Positions 1-7,452 of a stretch of 19,554 nt of DNA are shown piece by piece. The stretch is from Verrucomicrobiota bacterium. Lineage in GTDB: Bacteria; Verrucomicrobiota; Verrucomicrobiia; Opitutales; Cerasicoccaceae. The DNA is taken from assembly GCA_039818205.1 (NCBI GenBank), contig JBCBUK010000030.1, positions 1 through 19,554 of the forward strand. The letters are read 5' to 3'. A program made the translations under genes and the position numbers. Under the pieces are notes generated by a model. The model had not been told where the DNA came from. It searched no databases and saw only the letters and a program-made list of their open reading frames with translations. How positions within the stretch are numbered: position 1 is the stretch's first letter; each line of letters begins with the position of its first letter.

Positions 1-433
1 ATTCACCGAGCTCAGCGCGATTGATCGCTGATATCTCAGCCGCGGTCTTGCCGGTGTATTGTGGTGGCAGGCTATGTTCAAAGCGCCGGCTGAGCTCTTT
101 GAACAATTCAGCCAAATGAGTCTGCATTCGGTTGCTGCAAATCTCTCGGTGAACGTAGAGACCTTTATCTTTCTCGAAATTGAACTTGGCCCGGTCGAGA
201 TCGACCCGCAATTTCTCGAGCTTCACCGCTTTTTCATCGGGCGTTTCGTGCCCCTTGAGCTTGTGCTTCTCACGGAACTTTTCCCAGGCGTCGACACAGT
301 GCCCGCCATTCGGTTCAGGCTTTGGTGCTCCCTCCATCTTGCGCCAACTATCCAAAGCTTGCCGGGTCACCCCGAGGGTTTTGGCCAGCTGAACCAACGT
401 TCGAACGATGTTGCGTGTCTTTTTTCTACCCAT
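1..433 (-). CDS. Terminase small subunit, lambda Nu1-like (3' end runs off the left edge; absent from the ORF track)
   Basis: Manual translation from ATG 433 is open to base 1: MGRKKTRNIVRTLVQLAKTLGVTRQALDSWRKMEGAPKPEPNGGHCVDAWEKFREKH...KLEKLRVDLDRAKFNFEKDKGLYVHRE... It has an N-terminal winged-HTH pattern (LAKTLGVTRQALDSWRK) followed by a coiled coil. AAGGA lies upstream, and the gene sits after the replication module. Confidence 0.75.
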   Translation of the reverse strand, partial: MGRKKTRNIVRTLVQLAKTLGVTRQALDSWRKMEGAPKPEPNGGHCVDAWEKFREKHKLKGHETPDEKAVKLEKLRVDLDRAKFNFEKDKGLYVHREICSNRMQTHLAELFKELSRRFEHSLPPQYTGKTAAEISAINRAELGE

Positions 434-560
434 CAACGAATCCTTATGTGAAGATATTAGTGTAAAGTTGTGAGAAATTTTGTCTCATAAAAAGAAAGTG
501 CTCTTCCGCGGAACCTGCAAATGCCCTCAAACCCTGATAGATTCCTTTTTGCATTTTTTG
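434..560 (-). other. Candidate cos/packaging-initiation region
   Basis: Lies directly upstream of the Nu1-like terS. Contains a perfect palindrome TTCCGCGGAA (504-513) and an inverted repeat TGAGA..TCTCA (471-487). The minus strand CAGGTTCCGCGG...TTTATGAGACAAAATTT loosely resembles lambda cos CAGGTTACGGGG...TTTATGAAAATTT. Confidence 0.35.
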
Positions 561-1414
561 TGATACAATTTACGTGATTTCCCACCAAAACCCCTTATGC
601 CATGCAGTTCCGCATACTCAAGCGATTCTATGAGGCCACCACGATGCGATTGAGCATGATCTGACCACAACCCACGTGCGACATTACCGGCGTCAGGTAG
701 GGGATGCCAGTGGGCCCTGTGGTCCATTGGTGCAATGTGCATCAGGGCACGATGCACAACGGGTAGACCATAGGCTGGCCTGGGTAGGTAGCCTTCCCAT
801 CTCAGGATGAACTCGTAGAGCGATAGCTGTATGCTGTAGTGTGAGAGATTCGCGTCAGGCACCTTGGCACAGCGACCGGTGCCCGTGGTATCTTGGAACG
901 CCTCCCAAGTGAGCTGCTTATTCGTCTTCCAATCTAGCACCAGATATGCCCCGGTCTCAGGATCGCGCATCAGTAGATCCAGTGTCCCAGCAATTCGAGC
1001 ATGCGGTGAGAACACAAGTTTCTCTGTCTCGACCAGCTCCCAACGTGCGAGCAACTTATGGCTGGCCTCAATGGCGGTAGCAAATGCAATGGCCTCTTTA
1101 TCATTGCTTGGTGTGTGCCTAGGTGGACGGCCATTGAGTACATCTTCGGCTGTCTCATGGACCCGGGTGCCATAGGTGCACGCTGCCTCACGGGTAGCAT
1201 CCCACTCTGCTAGCACATCATCGACCTTGCGCCCTTCTCTGGTAGCGATTCGCCACGCTGCTGCCTCGGCGTTGAATTTTGGAAAGTCAGATTTTGCGAC
1301 CGTGGTAACGCTGGCATACTCCGCACCAGTGGAATCGACGTATCGATGATCGGCTTCGGTGAATGTCAGCGAAATCGGCTGTGTTGGGTGTTCGACTGTG
1401 GTGGATCCGGGCAT
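527..1414 (-). CDS. PD-(D/E)XK nuclease, Cas4-like/phage exonuclease family
   Basis: Motifs H-R-Y...SVTT, GTRVHETAE, E-KLV...IAGTLDLL, LVLDWKT and YSIQLSLY, typical of RecB/Cas4-like nucleases. Confidence 0.85.
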   Translation of the reverse strand: MPGSTTVEHPTQPISLTFTEADHRYVDSTGAEYASVTTVAKSDFPKFNAEAAAWRIATREGRKVDDVLAEWDATREAACTYGTRVHETAEDVLNGRPPRHTPSNDKEAIAFATAIEASHKLLARWELVETEKLVFSPHARIAGTLDLLMRDPETGAYLVLDWKTNKQLTWEAFQDTTGTGRCAKVPDANLSHYSIQLSLYEFILRWEGYLPRPAYGLPVVHRALMHIAPMDHRAHWHPLPDAGNVARGLWSDHAQSHRGGLIESLEYAELHGIRGFGGKSRKLYHKKCKKESIRV

Positions 1415-1429
1415 TTAAAAAAAAACTCG

Positions 1430-1694
1430 CTACACACACGTTACCACGCCTAACACGGGTGTTTTTCCATTGTATCGTTCTGGATATACACACCCCTTAT
1501 TTATGCATATTTTCAGCAATACTCTAATAGAGAAACCGTGTTTACTGTGTGTAAGGCTGAAATACCTGATGAATGCTAGGGTTTTGGACACACGGGTATG
1601 GTGTGTGTATAATGTGTTTGTTGTGTGTGCTTTTTTCATGATTTCAAAATAGGTTTTCAAAAATTGGTGTGTTTAACGTGTGTAGTGTGTGTGA
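1430..1694. repeat. Putative replication origin: clustered ACAC/GTGT short repeats in both orientations with AT-rich spacers
   Basis: About a dozen (AC)n/(GT)n tracts in 265 bp, mostly ACAC on the left and GTGT on the right. ACACGGGT occurs twice. AT-rich stretches at about 1497-1535 and 1631-1665. Lies immediately 3' of the primase gene. Confidence 0.6.
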
Positions 1695-4085
1695 CTAAAT
1701 GACCTCCATTATCTTTCTTCCGCTCATTCCAACAATTCGGACGGTCTCGCTGTGTGTGGATTCGGGCGTCCACATGATGCCTCGCTTGCGCTTTGGCCCA
1801 TTATTCGGATAGATGTGTGGCTTGGGATCGAATCGTTGGGTCAGGTGATTTTTGGCCAGATTTCGAATATACTGAGCCCCCTTTTTCTCGCCTGGAAAGA
1901 TGTCATCAAGCCACACCTTCAGCACCTCGCTGCGAATAAAAATTCGATCGGTTCCAGGCTGAAAACCGGCGTCGATCAACCTCGACTGAAATTCATCCTC
2001 GATGGTCTTGGCTTGTTCTTCTTCGATGTTTGATGCTGCCTTGGCCTCTTCAATTGCCGTCAAGGCAGCTTGATATTCCTCTTCGTTCTCACAAAGCGGG
2101 CCGAGTATCTCCGAACAAAACCCTGGAAAGCGCGTCTTGGGTGCGCGCCTATTGCCGTTCTCCAATTGATCAATAATGTCAGCGAAGATTTGCAAGCGAT
2201 TGGCTTCGATGTAGCGCAATATATCAATTTCCCAGTTTGCAGACAATTTGGGCTGCTTGACATAAATGAAATAACATCGCTCTGCGAGATCATTGTCCAC
2301 CGTTGCAGAGTTCGCCGTGATCGTGTAAACAAGATCATTCGGCCTAGTTTCCTCACCGCGACCATAGGGCGCTTTCCCGCTGATGCTCTTGCTGGTCATC
2401 ATGTCGGCAAGTTCATCACAGGAAAATTGCCCCGTTACATTGTCCATGAGAAAGATGCGCTTGGCACGTCCGCTTGCAGACATCAGGCGCTTAATGACTT
2501 CGCCGAAATTGCGTTTCATTTCCTGTGCATTGCTTCTGATCGGATCACTTGAATATAAATAACCAACCATCTCTATAATGGTCGTTTTGCCACATCCCGC
2601 CCCGTCTTCACTGTCAATAATCCAGCCTGGGCGAGGAATGCGAGGCACATACCAGAGAGGCGCGGCAATGAACGCTTTCAGAATCGTTCGGTAGGCATCC
2701 GAAGCTGGGCTGAACATATTTACGAATTCCTCGAATATGTGGTAACCGGGCGATGGCAGCGGTAATGGCTCGTGGGTGTAAAACACATCATGGCGTTTAG
2801 GCCAATTGGGTATCTCGGAAATTGCTTCGTAAGATATGCCCTCGCGCGTCAATCGGTCATAAAGTTGCGCTGCTGTTCGAAAATTCTCGCCAGTCGAAAA
2901 TGAGCAATTCTTGCCACTTTTGGCGTCAATCCAACCAATGAGATGATCGGCTTTGTAGAACATATGCACCTCGCCCGTATCAAGATCGTGATCGAACAGG
3001 CAACCGCGGCCAATGACTCGAGGAAAGTCCATGAACCGCTTGTAGATGTCCTTGACCATATCGTTTATGTGGCGCGGTTTCTTTTCGGCTTTCTCTTTCC
3101 CACGCTCGTTTTTGACCTTGATCGCGATGAAATTGGAAAATGGGTAGCGGTTCGCCTCTTTGGCAATGGCTCGAGCCTCGCTGAATTCTTCCTTCGACAG
3201 GTCGAGCTCAGGAAGTGCTTTCATCCACGCAAAGAGCTTGGTTGCATCACCTGATTCTTTCTCGAACCAGTCCGTCACATCGCCCTTTGGGAGATTGGAA
3301 ATGGCACCCATGCGAACGGTTTTTGCGATACCATTCAAGCGAGCCGCCACTACCTGAGCCTTGTCCTGGCCCGCATCGTCATTGTCACTAATGATGCAGA
3401 CATCTTTGCCGGCGAATCGATTCAGGGTGTCTTGGCTCCACTTTGAGGCGGTGCGACCGTTTGTAGCAGGCAAGCCGGCGGAGATCAATGTATCAACATC
3501 CTTCTCACCTTCCACGATGATGCACCAGGGGGCAGACTTTGCCGCATCGGTCCAGCGGTAGAGCAATGGCTCAATTCCTTTCACTGTCCACTTGCCGTCA
3601 GGTGTGCCTTGGCGAAATTCCTTTGATTTCTCAGGATGCTCGAAACGTGCATTGAAGTATATGATATTGCCGGCGTCATCCTTGTATTCATACCGTTTGG
3701 TCTCTGCATACCCTTCGTCCAATAATGCTTGGATTGGATTGTGACCATCGGAAACAATGCGGCGCTTTTGGCGAGGTTGCACCCCTGCCCACTCGGCAAG
3801 AATCGAAAGCGTTTGATTGAAATAACCGGGATCCGTTTTCGCGTCTCGAATGCCGTCAAGTTTGGTAACCTGAACCAGCTCAATCAGTCCCCCGCCCTCG
3901 TTAGCAACGTGATCATACCACTGATCAGCGCTCACAGCGACGGCACTCGGATTATCACCAGAACGCCACATGGCCGCGCATCGACCATTGCGGACGTCAA
4001 CGCCGATATAGTTGAGATAGGCTAAACAGTCGCCACACTGTGGCAGAACATCTTCTTTATGGTAGAAATCAATGGCGGTAATCAT
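1695..4085 (-). CDS. Primase-helicase: degenerate CHC2-type N-terminal domain + TOPRIM primase + P-loop ATPase
   Basis: TOPRIM motifs IIVEGEKD and ISDNDDAG, plus KGDVTDW. Walker A GAGCGKTT and Walker B-like IFLMDNV. The N-terminal GRCAAMWRSGDNPS...WYDHVANEGGGLIELV resembles the DnaG zinc-binding domain. Confidence 0.85.
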   Translation of the reverse strand: MITAIDFYHKEDVLPQCGDCLAYLNYIGVDVRNGRCAAMWRSGDNPSAVAVSADQWYDHVANEGGGLIELVQVTKLDGIRDAKTDPGYFNQTLSILAEWAGVQPRQKRRIVSDGHNPIQALLDEGYAETKRYEYKDDAGNIIYFNARFEHPEKSKEFRQGTPDGKWTVKGIEPLLYRWTDAAKSAPWCIIVEGEKDVDTLISAGLPATNGRTASKWSQDTLNRFAGKDVCIISDNDDAGQDKAQVVAARLNGIAKTVRMGAISNLPKGDVTDWFEKESGDATKLFAWMKALPELDLSKEEFSEARAIAKEANRYPFSNFIAIKVKNERGKEKAEKKPRHINDMVKDIYKRFMDFPRVIGRGCLFDHDLDTGEVHMFYKADHLIGWIDAKSGKNCSFSTGENFRTAAQLYDRLTREGISYEAISEIPNWPKRHDVFYTHEPLPLPSPGYHIFEEFVNMFSPASDAYRTILKAFIAAPLWYVPRIPRPGWIIDSEDGAGCGKTTIIEMVGYLYSSDPIRSNAQEMKRNFGEVIKRLMSASGRAKRIFLMDNVTGQFSCDELADMMTSKSISGKAPYGRGEETRPNDLVYTITANSATVDNDLAERCYFIYVKQPKLSANWEIDILRYIEANRLQIFADIIDQLENGNRRAPKTRFPGFCSEILGPLCENEEEYQAALTAIEEAKAASNIEEEQAKTIEDEFQSRLIDAGFQPGTDRIFIRSEVLKVWLDDIFPGEKKGAQYIRNLAKNHLTQRFDPKPHIYPNNGPKRKRGIMWTPESTHSETVRIVGMSGRKIMEVI

Positions 4086-4092
4086 TAGGCAA

Positions 4093-4296
4093 TCAATCTC
4101 CGGTAATCATCATGCAAGCGATCGTCTTGCGATCGAATGTGCAACTTTCGGGTGAGACTTCTGCACGCAGTCGATTGAGACCGTCCGTGCCCTTTTCTTC
4201 AATAAGCTTCATCAGATACTCAAGTAGCTCTGTGTCGGTAGCTGCTGGCAGATCTTTCGTATTGAATTTCTTCCTTGGTAATCGTCGTTTAGGCAT
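4093..4296 (-). CDS. Hypothetical protein (67 aa)
   Basis: Fills the gap between the MTase and primase genes in operon orientation and ends 7 nt before the primase ATG. Confidence 0.6.
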   Translation of the reverse strand: MPKRRLPRKKFNTKDLPAATDTELLEYLMKLIEEKGTDGLNRLRAEVSPESCTFDRKTIACMMITGD

Positions 4297-4320
4297 ATGT
4301 TCACTCTAGTATAAAGGACT

Positions 4321-5190
4321 CTAAGAGTCATTGTTGTTCTCATTCAAAATTTCCCATGCCCTCGCTGCCACTGCTGGAACTTGCCCATTTCCAATGGCTC
4401 TAAGTCGGTCCACCCGATGGGCCACCCCATTAGCCACTCGACCCACAGCGGGTTCAGACTCCCACCAGCTACCGCATTTAAAGGTTTTGTGTTGCTCCGT
4501 TTTACAGCCGTCGCAAGCCCGTCTCCGGACTTCGCACTCAGTCCCTTTCGGTTGTTGTTCCCGTTCACTGTCGGAGTTGGCCAAAACGCTGCCACATCCT
4601 GCAACCTCGCTTGAACTTTGGCTCCTGACTCTCTTGGGATGCCTAGCAAAGCTTTCTTCGCATCGGTTGCACACGGCTTGCGATCGTTGCTGCAATTGGG
4701 AGTAGGCCAGAATCCAGATTCGGTCTCGCTTGTGAGGGGCACCGACGTGGCGCGCGCCCACAATTCCCCATTTCGCATCATACCCCATTTTGGCAAGGTC
4801 ACTGAGGACTCGTGTAAGTCCTCGGGTAATAAGCATTGGTGAGTTTTCCACGAAGACGAATTGAGGTCGAACTTCACCGATAATCCGTGCCATTTCTGAC
4901 CACAACCCGCTTCGTTTTCCGGTAATGCCGGTTCCCTTTCCGGCAACACTGATGTCCTGGCATGGGAATCCTCCAGAGATGACATCGACTTTACCACGCC
5001 ATGGTTTGCCATCGAACGTTTGCACATCATCCCAGATTGGGAACTTGGGCAAGATTCCGTCTCGCTGCCGTGCGAGCAAAACTTTTCGTGCGTAGGCATT
5101 AATCTCAACAGCGCATACGGTGCGCCATCCAAGGAGTTTTCCTCCCAAGATTCCGCCTCCTGCCCCTGCAAATAGTGCCAGCTCATACAT
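4321..5190 (-). CDS. C5 cytosine DNA methyltransferase, alpha polypeptide (motifs I-VIII and X); start at 5190 or 5193 rather than 5235
   Basis: Motif I LFAGAGG, motif IV GGFPCQDIS, motif VI VENSP, motif VIII HKRDRIWI and motif X RLRAIGNGQVP. No recognisable motif IX in this frame. Confidence 0.9.
   Translation of the reverse strand: MYELALFAGAGGGILGGKLLGWRTVCAVEINAYARKVLLARQRDGILPKFPIWDDVQTFDGKPWRGKVDVISGGFPCQDISVAGKGTGITGKRSGLWSEMARIIGEVRPQFVFVENSPMLITRGLTRVLSDLAKMGYDAKWGIVGARHVGAPHKRDRIWILAYSQLQQRSQAVCNRCEESFARHPKRVRSQSSSEVAGCGSVLANSDSEREQQPKGTECEVRRRACDGCKTEQHKTFKCGSWWESEPAVGRVANGVAHRVDRLRAIGNGQVPAVAARAWEILNENNNDS
4344..5186 (-). CDS. Nested alternative-frame ORF: putative MTase beta polypeptide (TRD-like WPTP repeats + motif IX-like segment)
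   Basis: 280 codons open entirely within the MTase gene. Its ATG overlaps the upstream gene's TGA (ATGA, 5186-5183). Contains FWPTP twice and GGSLNPLWVEWLMGWPIGWTD, resembling motif IX (LTPRE..RLQGFP). Confidence 0.75.
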   Translation of the reverse strand: MSWHYLQGQEAESWEENSLDGAPYALLRLMPTHEKFCSHGSETESCPSSQSGMMCKRSMANHGVVKSMSSLEDSHARTSVLPEREPALPENEAGCGQKWHGLSVKFDLNSSSWKTHQCLLPEDLHESSVTLPKWGMMRNGELWARATSVPLTSETESGFWPTPNCSNDRKPCATDAKKALLGIPRESGAKVQARLQDVAAFWPTPTVNGNNNRKGLSAKSGDGLATAVKRSNTKPLNAVAGGSLNPLWVEWLMGWPIGWTDLEPLEMGKFQQWQRGHGKF

Positions 5191-5371
5191 CATCCATATG
5201 ACATTGGGAACGCATCTTCTGCACTTCCTTAACAAGGTTTCGATTGGTGCCGCTAACTTTATACGCGAGCTTTCGCCAACGTACTAGATCATTAAGAATA
5301 ATCAGAAAGAAGATGATTAAAAAAACACCAGCTTCCCAGCTAACATATACGTTGATAAAGCTTTCCATCAT
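5183..5371 (-). CDS. Small membrane protein (62 aa)
   Basis: Hydrophobic stretch AGVFLIIFFLIILNDLV followed by basic residues; ATGA overlaps at both ends. Confidence 0.65.
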   Translation of the reverse strand: MMESFINVYVSWEAGVFLIIFFLIILNDLVRWRKLAYKVSGTNRNLVKEVQKMRSQCHMDDV

Positions 5372-5532
5372 TCGCCTTCATTAGCCATTTCGGCCATACA
5401 CTGCATCATTTTGAATGCAGCATATTGTGCTGGAGAAGTTGAATCTTCTGGCTTTAGTTCTGGTTCGAAGTTGGCATCCAAATTCACGGCACCATCTTCG
5501 GAATCTGTTAAGACTATTGTTACTTTTGGCAT
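5368..5532 (-). CDS. Hypothetical protein (54 aa, below the ORF-track cutoff)
   Basis: Manual translation MPKVTIVLTDSEDGAVNLDANFEPELKPEDSTSPAQYAAFKMMQCMAEMANEGE*. Its TGA overlaps the next ATG (ATGA, 5371-5368). Confidence 0.65.
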   Translation of the reverse strand: MPKVTIVLTDSEDGAVNLDANFEPELKPEDSTSPAQYAAFKMMQCMAEMANEGE

Positions 5533-5554
5533 TATTTCTTCTTAGGTTTGATAG

Positions 5555-6724
5555 TTAAGCAACCTCCTGCTTTGAAAGTTCCTGAATCACCGTGCGCTTG
5601 CTGGTGACCTTCATGCGGCCTCGTTGGAATGCACGATGCTCGCCAACGACGGCACACATCTCACGGGTGCGCGTAACTGCGGTATAGATTAATGAGCGGG
5701 TTAGCAACGCATGCTGATCACGACCAAGCGCAACGAACATCACGCGGCGATACTGCGAACCCTGTGACTTGTGAACAGTGAGCGCGTAGGCCAGTTTGAG
5801 ATTCTTGGCTTCATCCCTGGTCAAGTGAACGGTGCTCTCGTTTTCGTCCGTTGGCACATCCAGCTCAATATGCATATCGCCCTTCTGCCCGATCGCCTGA
5901 ACGGTTCCTGTCGTTCCGTTCCAAATATCTTTCTCGGCAACGTTCTTGGTGTTAATGACCCGATCGCCAACTTTTATTGAACCATCATCGGGATCACGCG
6001 GGTTCACGATTTCGGCAATATCCTCATTGAGCGATTTCACCGTGCAGGGCGCCGCCTCGCTGTCGCCGTTCTTTGGGCAAAGTATGATGTCCTGGTCGAA
6101 ATCAAATGCATCATCTTCGACCAGTTTTAGGATGTATTCATGGGTCTGCTTGGCGTCACCGGTTTCAGCAATGCACCAGCGCTCACCAGGAGATTGATCA
6201 AAGTTCATTAGCGACTCACCATTGCGAATTGCGGTTGCGGCTTTGAATACGGCCTCGCGATTGCGAAAGCACTTGGTCAAGTTATAGACCATGTTCGGCG
6301 CTTCGATAATAATATCATGAAACGGCTGGCCCTTGCCGACTGGCGGCAGCTGGGCTTCGTCGCCTACCAAGATCAGACGATCGGGTTTGCGCATGATGAT
6401 CGCGGCCATTAGCTCGCTGTCGACCATGGAGGCCTCATCCACGATCACCGTGGATCCGGCCAGAGTCGGATTCGTGAACTTTACGCCGTTGTAGCCAAGC
6501 AGGCGGTGAATGGTGGACGTTTCCCGGCCAGTGGCCTCCTTCAGGCGAGCCGCGGCCTTTCCAGCAAACGCGCAAAGGTGGACCGGTTTTTTCTCTTTGG
6601 CCAAGCGAGCAACCATTTCCTTAATGATGGTCGTTTTTCCAGTGCCGGCACCGCCTGTAATGATCGAAAAGCGATGACTGACGGCATGGTCAACCGCGGC
6701 TACTTGTGTTGGGTCAAGTTTCAT
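5555..6724 (-). CDS. recD2: RecD2-like SF1B helicase, motor (C-terminal) part
   Basis: Q motif LDPTQ, Walker A GGAGTGKTT, VIVDEASMVD, LVGDEAQLPPVG, LTKCFRN, AYALTVHKSQGSQY and LIYTAVTR. Confidence 0.9.
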   Translation of the reverse strand: MKLDPTQVAAVDHAVSHRFSIITGGAGTGKTTIIKEMVARLAKEKKPVHLCAFAGKAAARLKEATGRETSTIHRLLGYNGVKFTNPTLAGSTVIVDEASMVDSELMAAIIMRKPDRLILVGDEAQLPPVGKGQPFHDIIIEAPNMVYNLTKCFRNREAVFKAATAIRNGESLMNFDQSPGERWCIAETGDAKQTHEYILKLVEDDAFDFDQDIILCPKNGDSEAAPCTVKSLNEDIAEIVNPRDPDDGSIKVGDRVINTKNVAEKDIWNGTTGTVQAIGQKGDMHIELDVPTDENESTVHLTRDEAKNLKLAYALTVHKSQGSQYRRVMFVALGRDQHALLTRSLIYTAVTRTREMCAVVGEHRAFQRGRMKVTSKRTVIQELSKQEVA

Positions 6725-7128
6725 TATTTACTGCCGTCATAGATTAGTTCAAACGTTCCAAACCCATCCTTGAGCAAAAACTTCAGCTCATGCAGATCCA
6801 TCATACTCCCAAATTTAGGGTGCATATCGTTCTCGTCACACCACGTGTCAATTACTGTAGTGACTGCCGATTGTAGGGATTCTTCCTCTTCTTGCGTAAA
6901 GTACCAATCATCGGCAACCTCACCGTGCTCATCAGAAGAGTTGTTGATTAAGTATTCGGGGATGTCTGGCGCATAACTGGAAGCTTTGGAATACACGACT
7001 GTTCCGCCATAAACCGTCACGACATCACCGGCCTTGAGGTCACGGCGAGGAGCTTCCCATATCTCTTCTAGAACTTCATAAGGGTCATCGCTACGAAAGA
7101 TTTCATTATCACTGCTGTATTTTTTCAT
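6724..7128 (-). CDS. Hypothetical acidic protein (134 aa)
   Basis: In operon orientation; its stop overlaps the helicase start (TAATG). Confidence 0.7.
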   Translation of the reverse strand: MKKYSSDNEIFRSDDPYEVLEEIWEAPRRDLKAGDVVTVYGGTVVYSKASSYAPDIPEYLINNSSDEHGEVADDWYFTQEEEESLQSAVTTVIDTWCDENDMHPKFGSMMDLHELKFLLKDGFGTFELIYDGSK

Positions 7129-7146
7129 CGAACTTATTGGTTGAAG

Positions 7147-7452
7147 TTATTCGTCATCTAAGAGGTTGAGCTGTGGAGATTCCTTGCTCATCAGTTTTGG
7201 CGAGTGAGAGGTATGCCCCCAAAGTTTCAGGAACGCGCCAACCAGCGACCAAACGGATTGATGTTGCCGTTTGAACTGGCGGACATAGCCCTTGCGGCCA
7301 TCAGATCCAGTGTATTCGGCGTGAAGCGTGCCTCGATAATTGCCGATTTCGTCTGTGCCGGTTGAATCGTTAGCTATATCCATTGTAGCAATGGTTCTCT
7401 TTGCCGACTCAACGCCCTTGGGCACGAGTTCTACCGTGATTCTAATCATCAA
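7147..7452 (-). CDS. Hypothetical phage protein (101 aa)
   Basis: ATGA overlap with the RecD2 N-part stop; ends QLNLLDDE. Confidence 0.7.
   Translation of the reverse strand: MMIRITVELVPKGVESAKRTIATMDIANDSTGTDEIGNYRGTLHAEYTGSDGRKGYVRQFKRQHQSVWSLVGAFLKLWGHTSHSPKLMSKESPQLNLLDDE

Noticed and set aside
59..451. Plus-strand 130-aa and 70-aa ORFs
   Set aside because: Antisense shadows of the minus-strand terS-like gene, which has a recognisable motif and RBS.
1417..1425. A9 homopolymer just upstream of the nuclease ATG as a phase-variation tract
   Set aside because: It lies outside the inferred CDS, and one sequence gives no evidence of length variation.
1430..1660. 76-aa (-) and 60-aa (+) ORFs in the repeat region
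   Set aside because: Their His/Thr- or Cys/Val-rich composition simply reflects the ACAC/GTGT repeats; the region is better explained as non-coding.
1430..1694. Possible CRISPR array beside the Cas4-like gene
   Set aside because: The repeats are only 4-10 bp, irregularly spaced and in both orientations, with no repeat-spacer periodicity and no other cas genes.
6725..7448. Intron or intein interrupting recD2
   Set aside because: No homing endonuclease, reverse transcriptase or intein motifs; the interval is filled by two ordinary coupled ORFs and both halves have their own start and stop.
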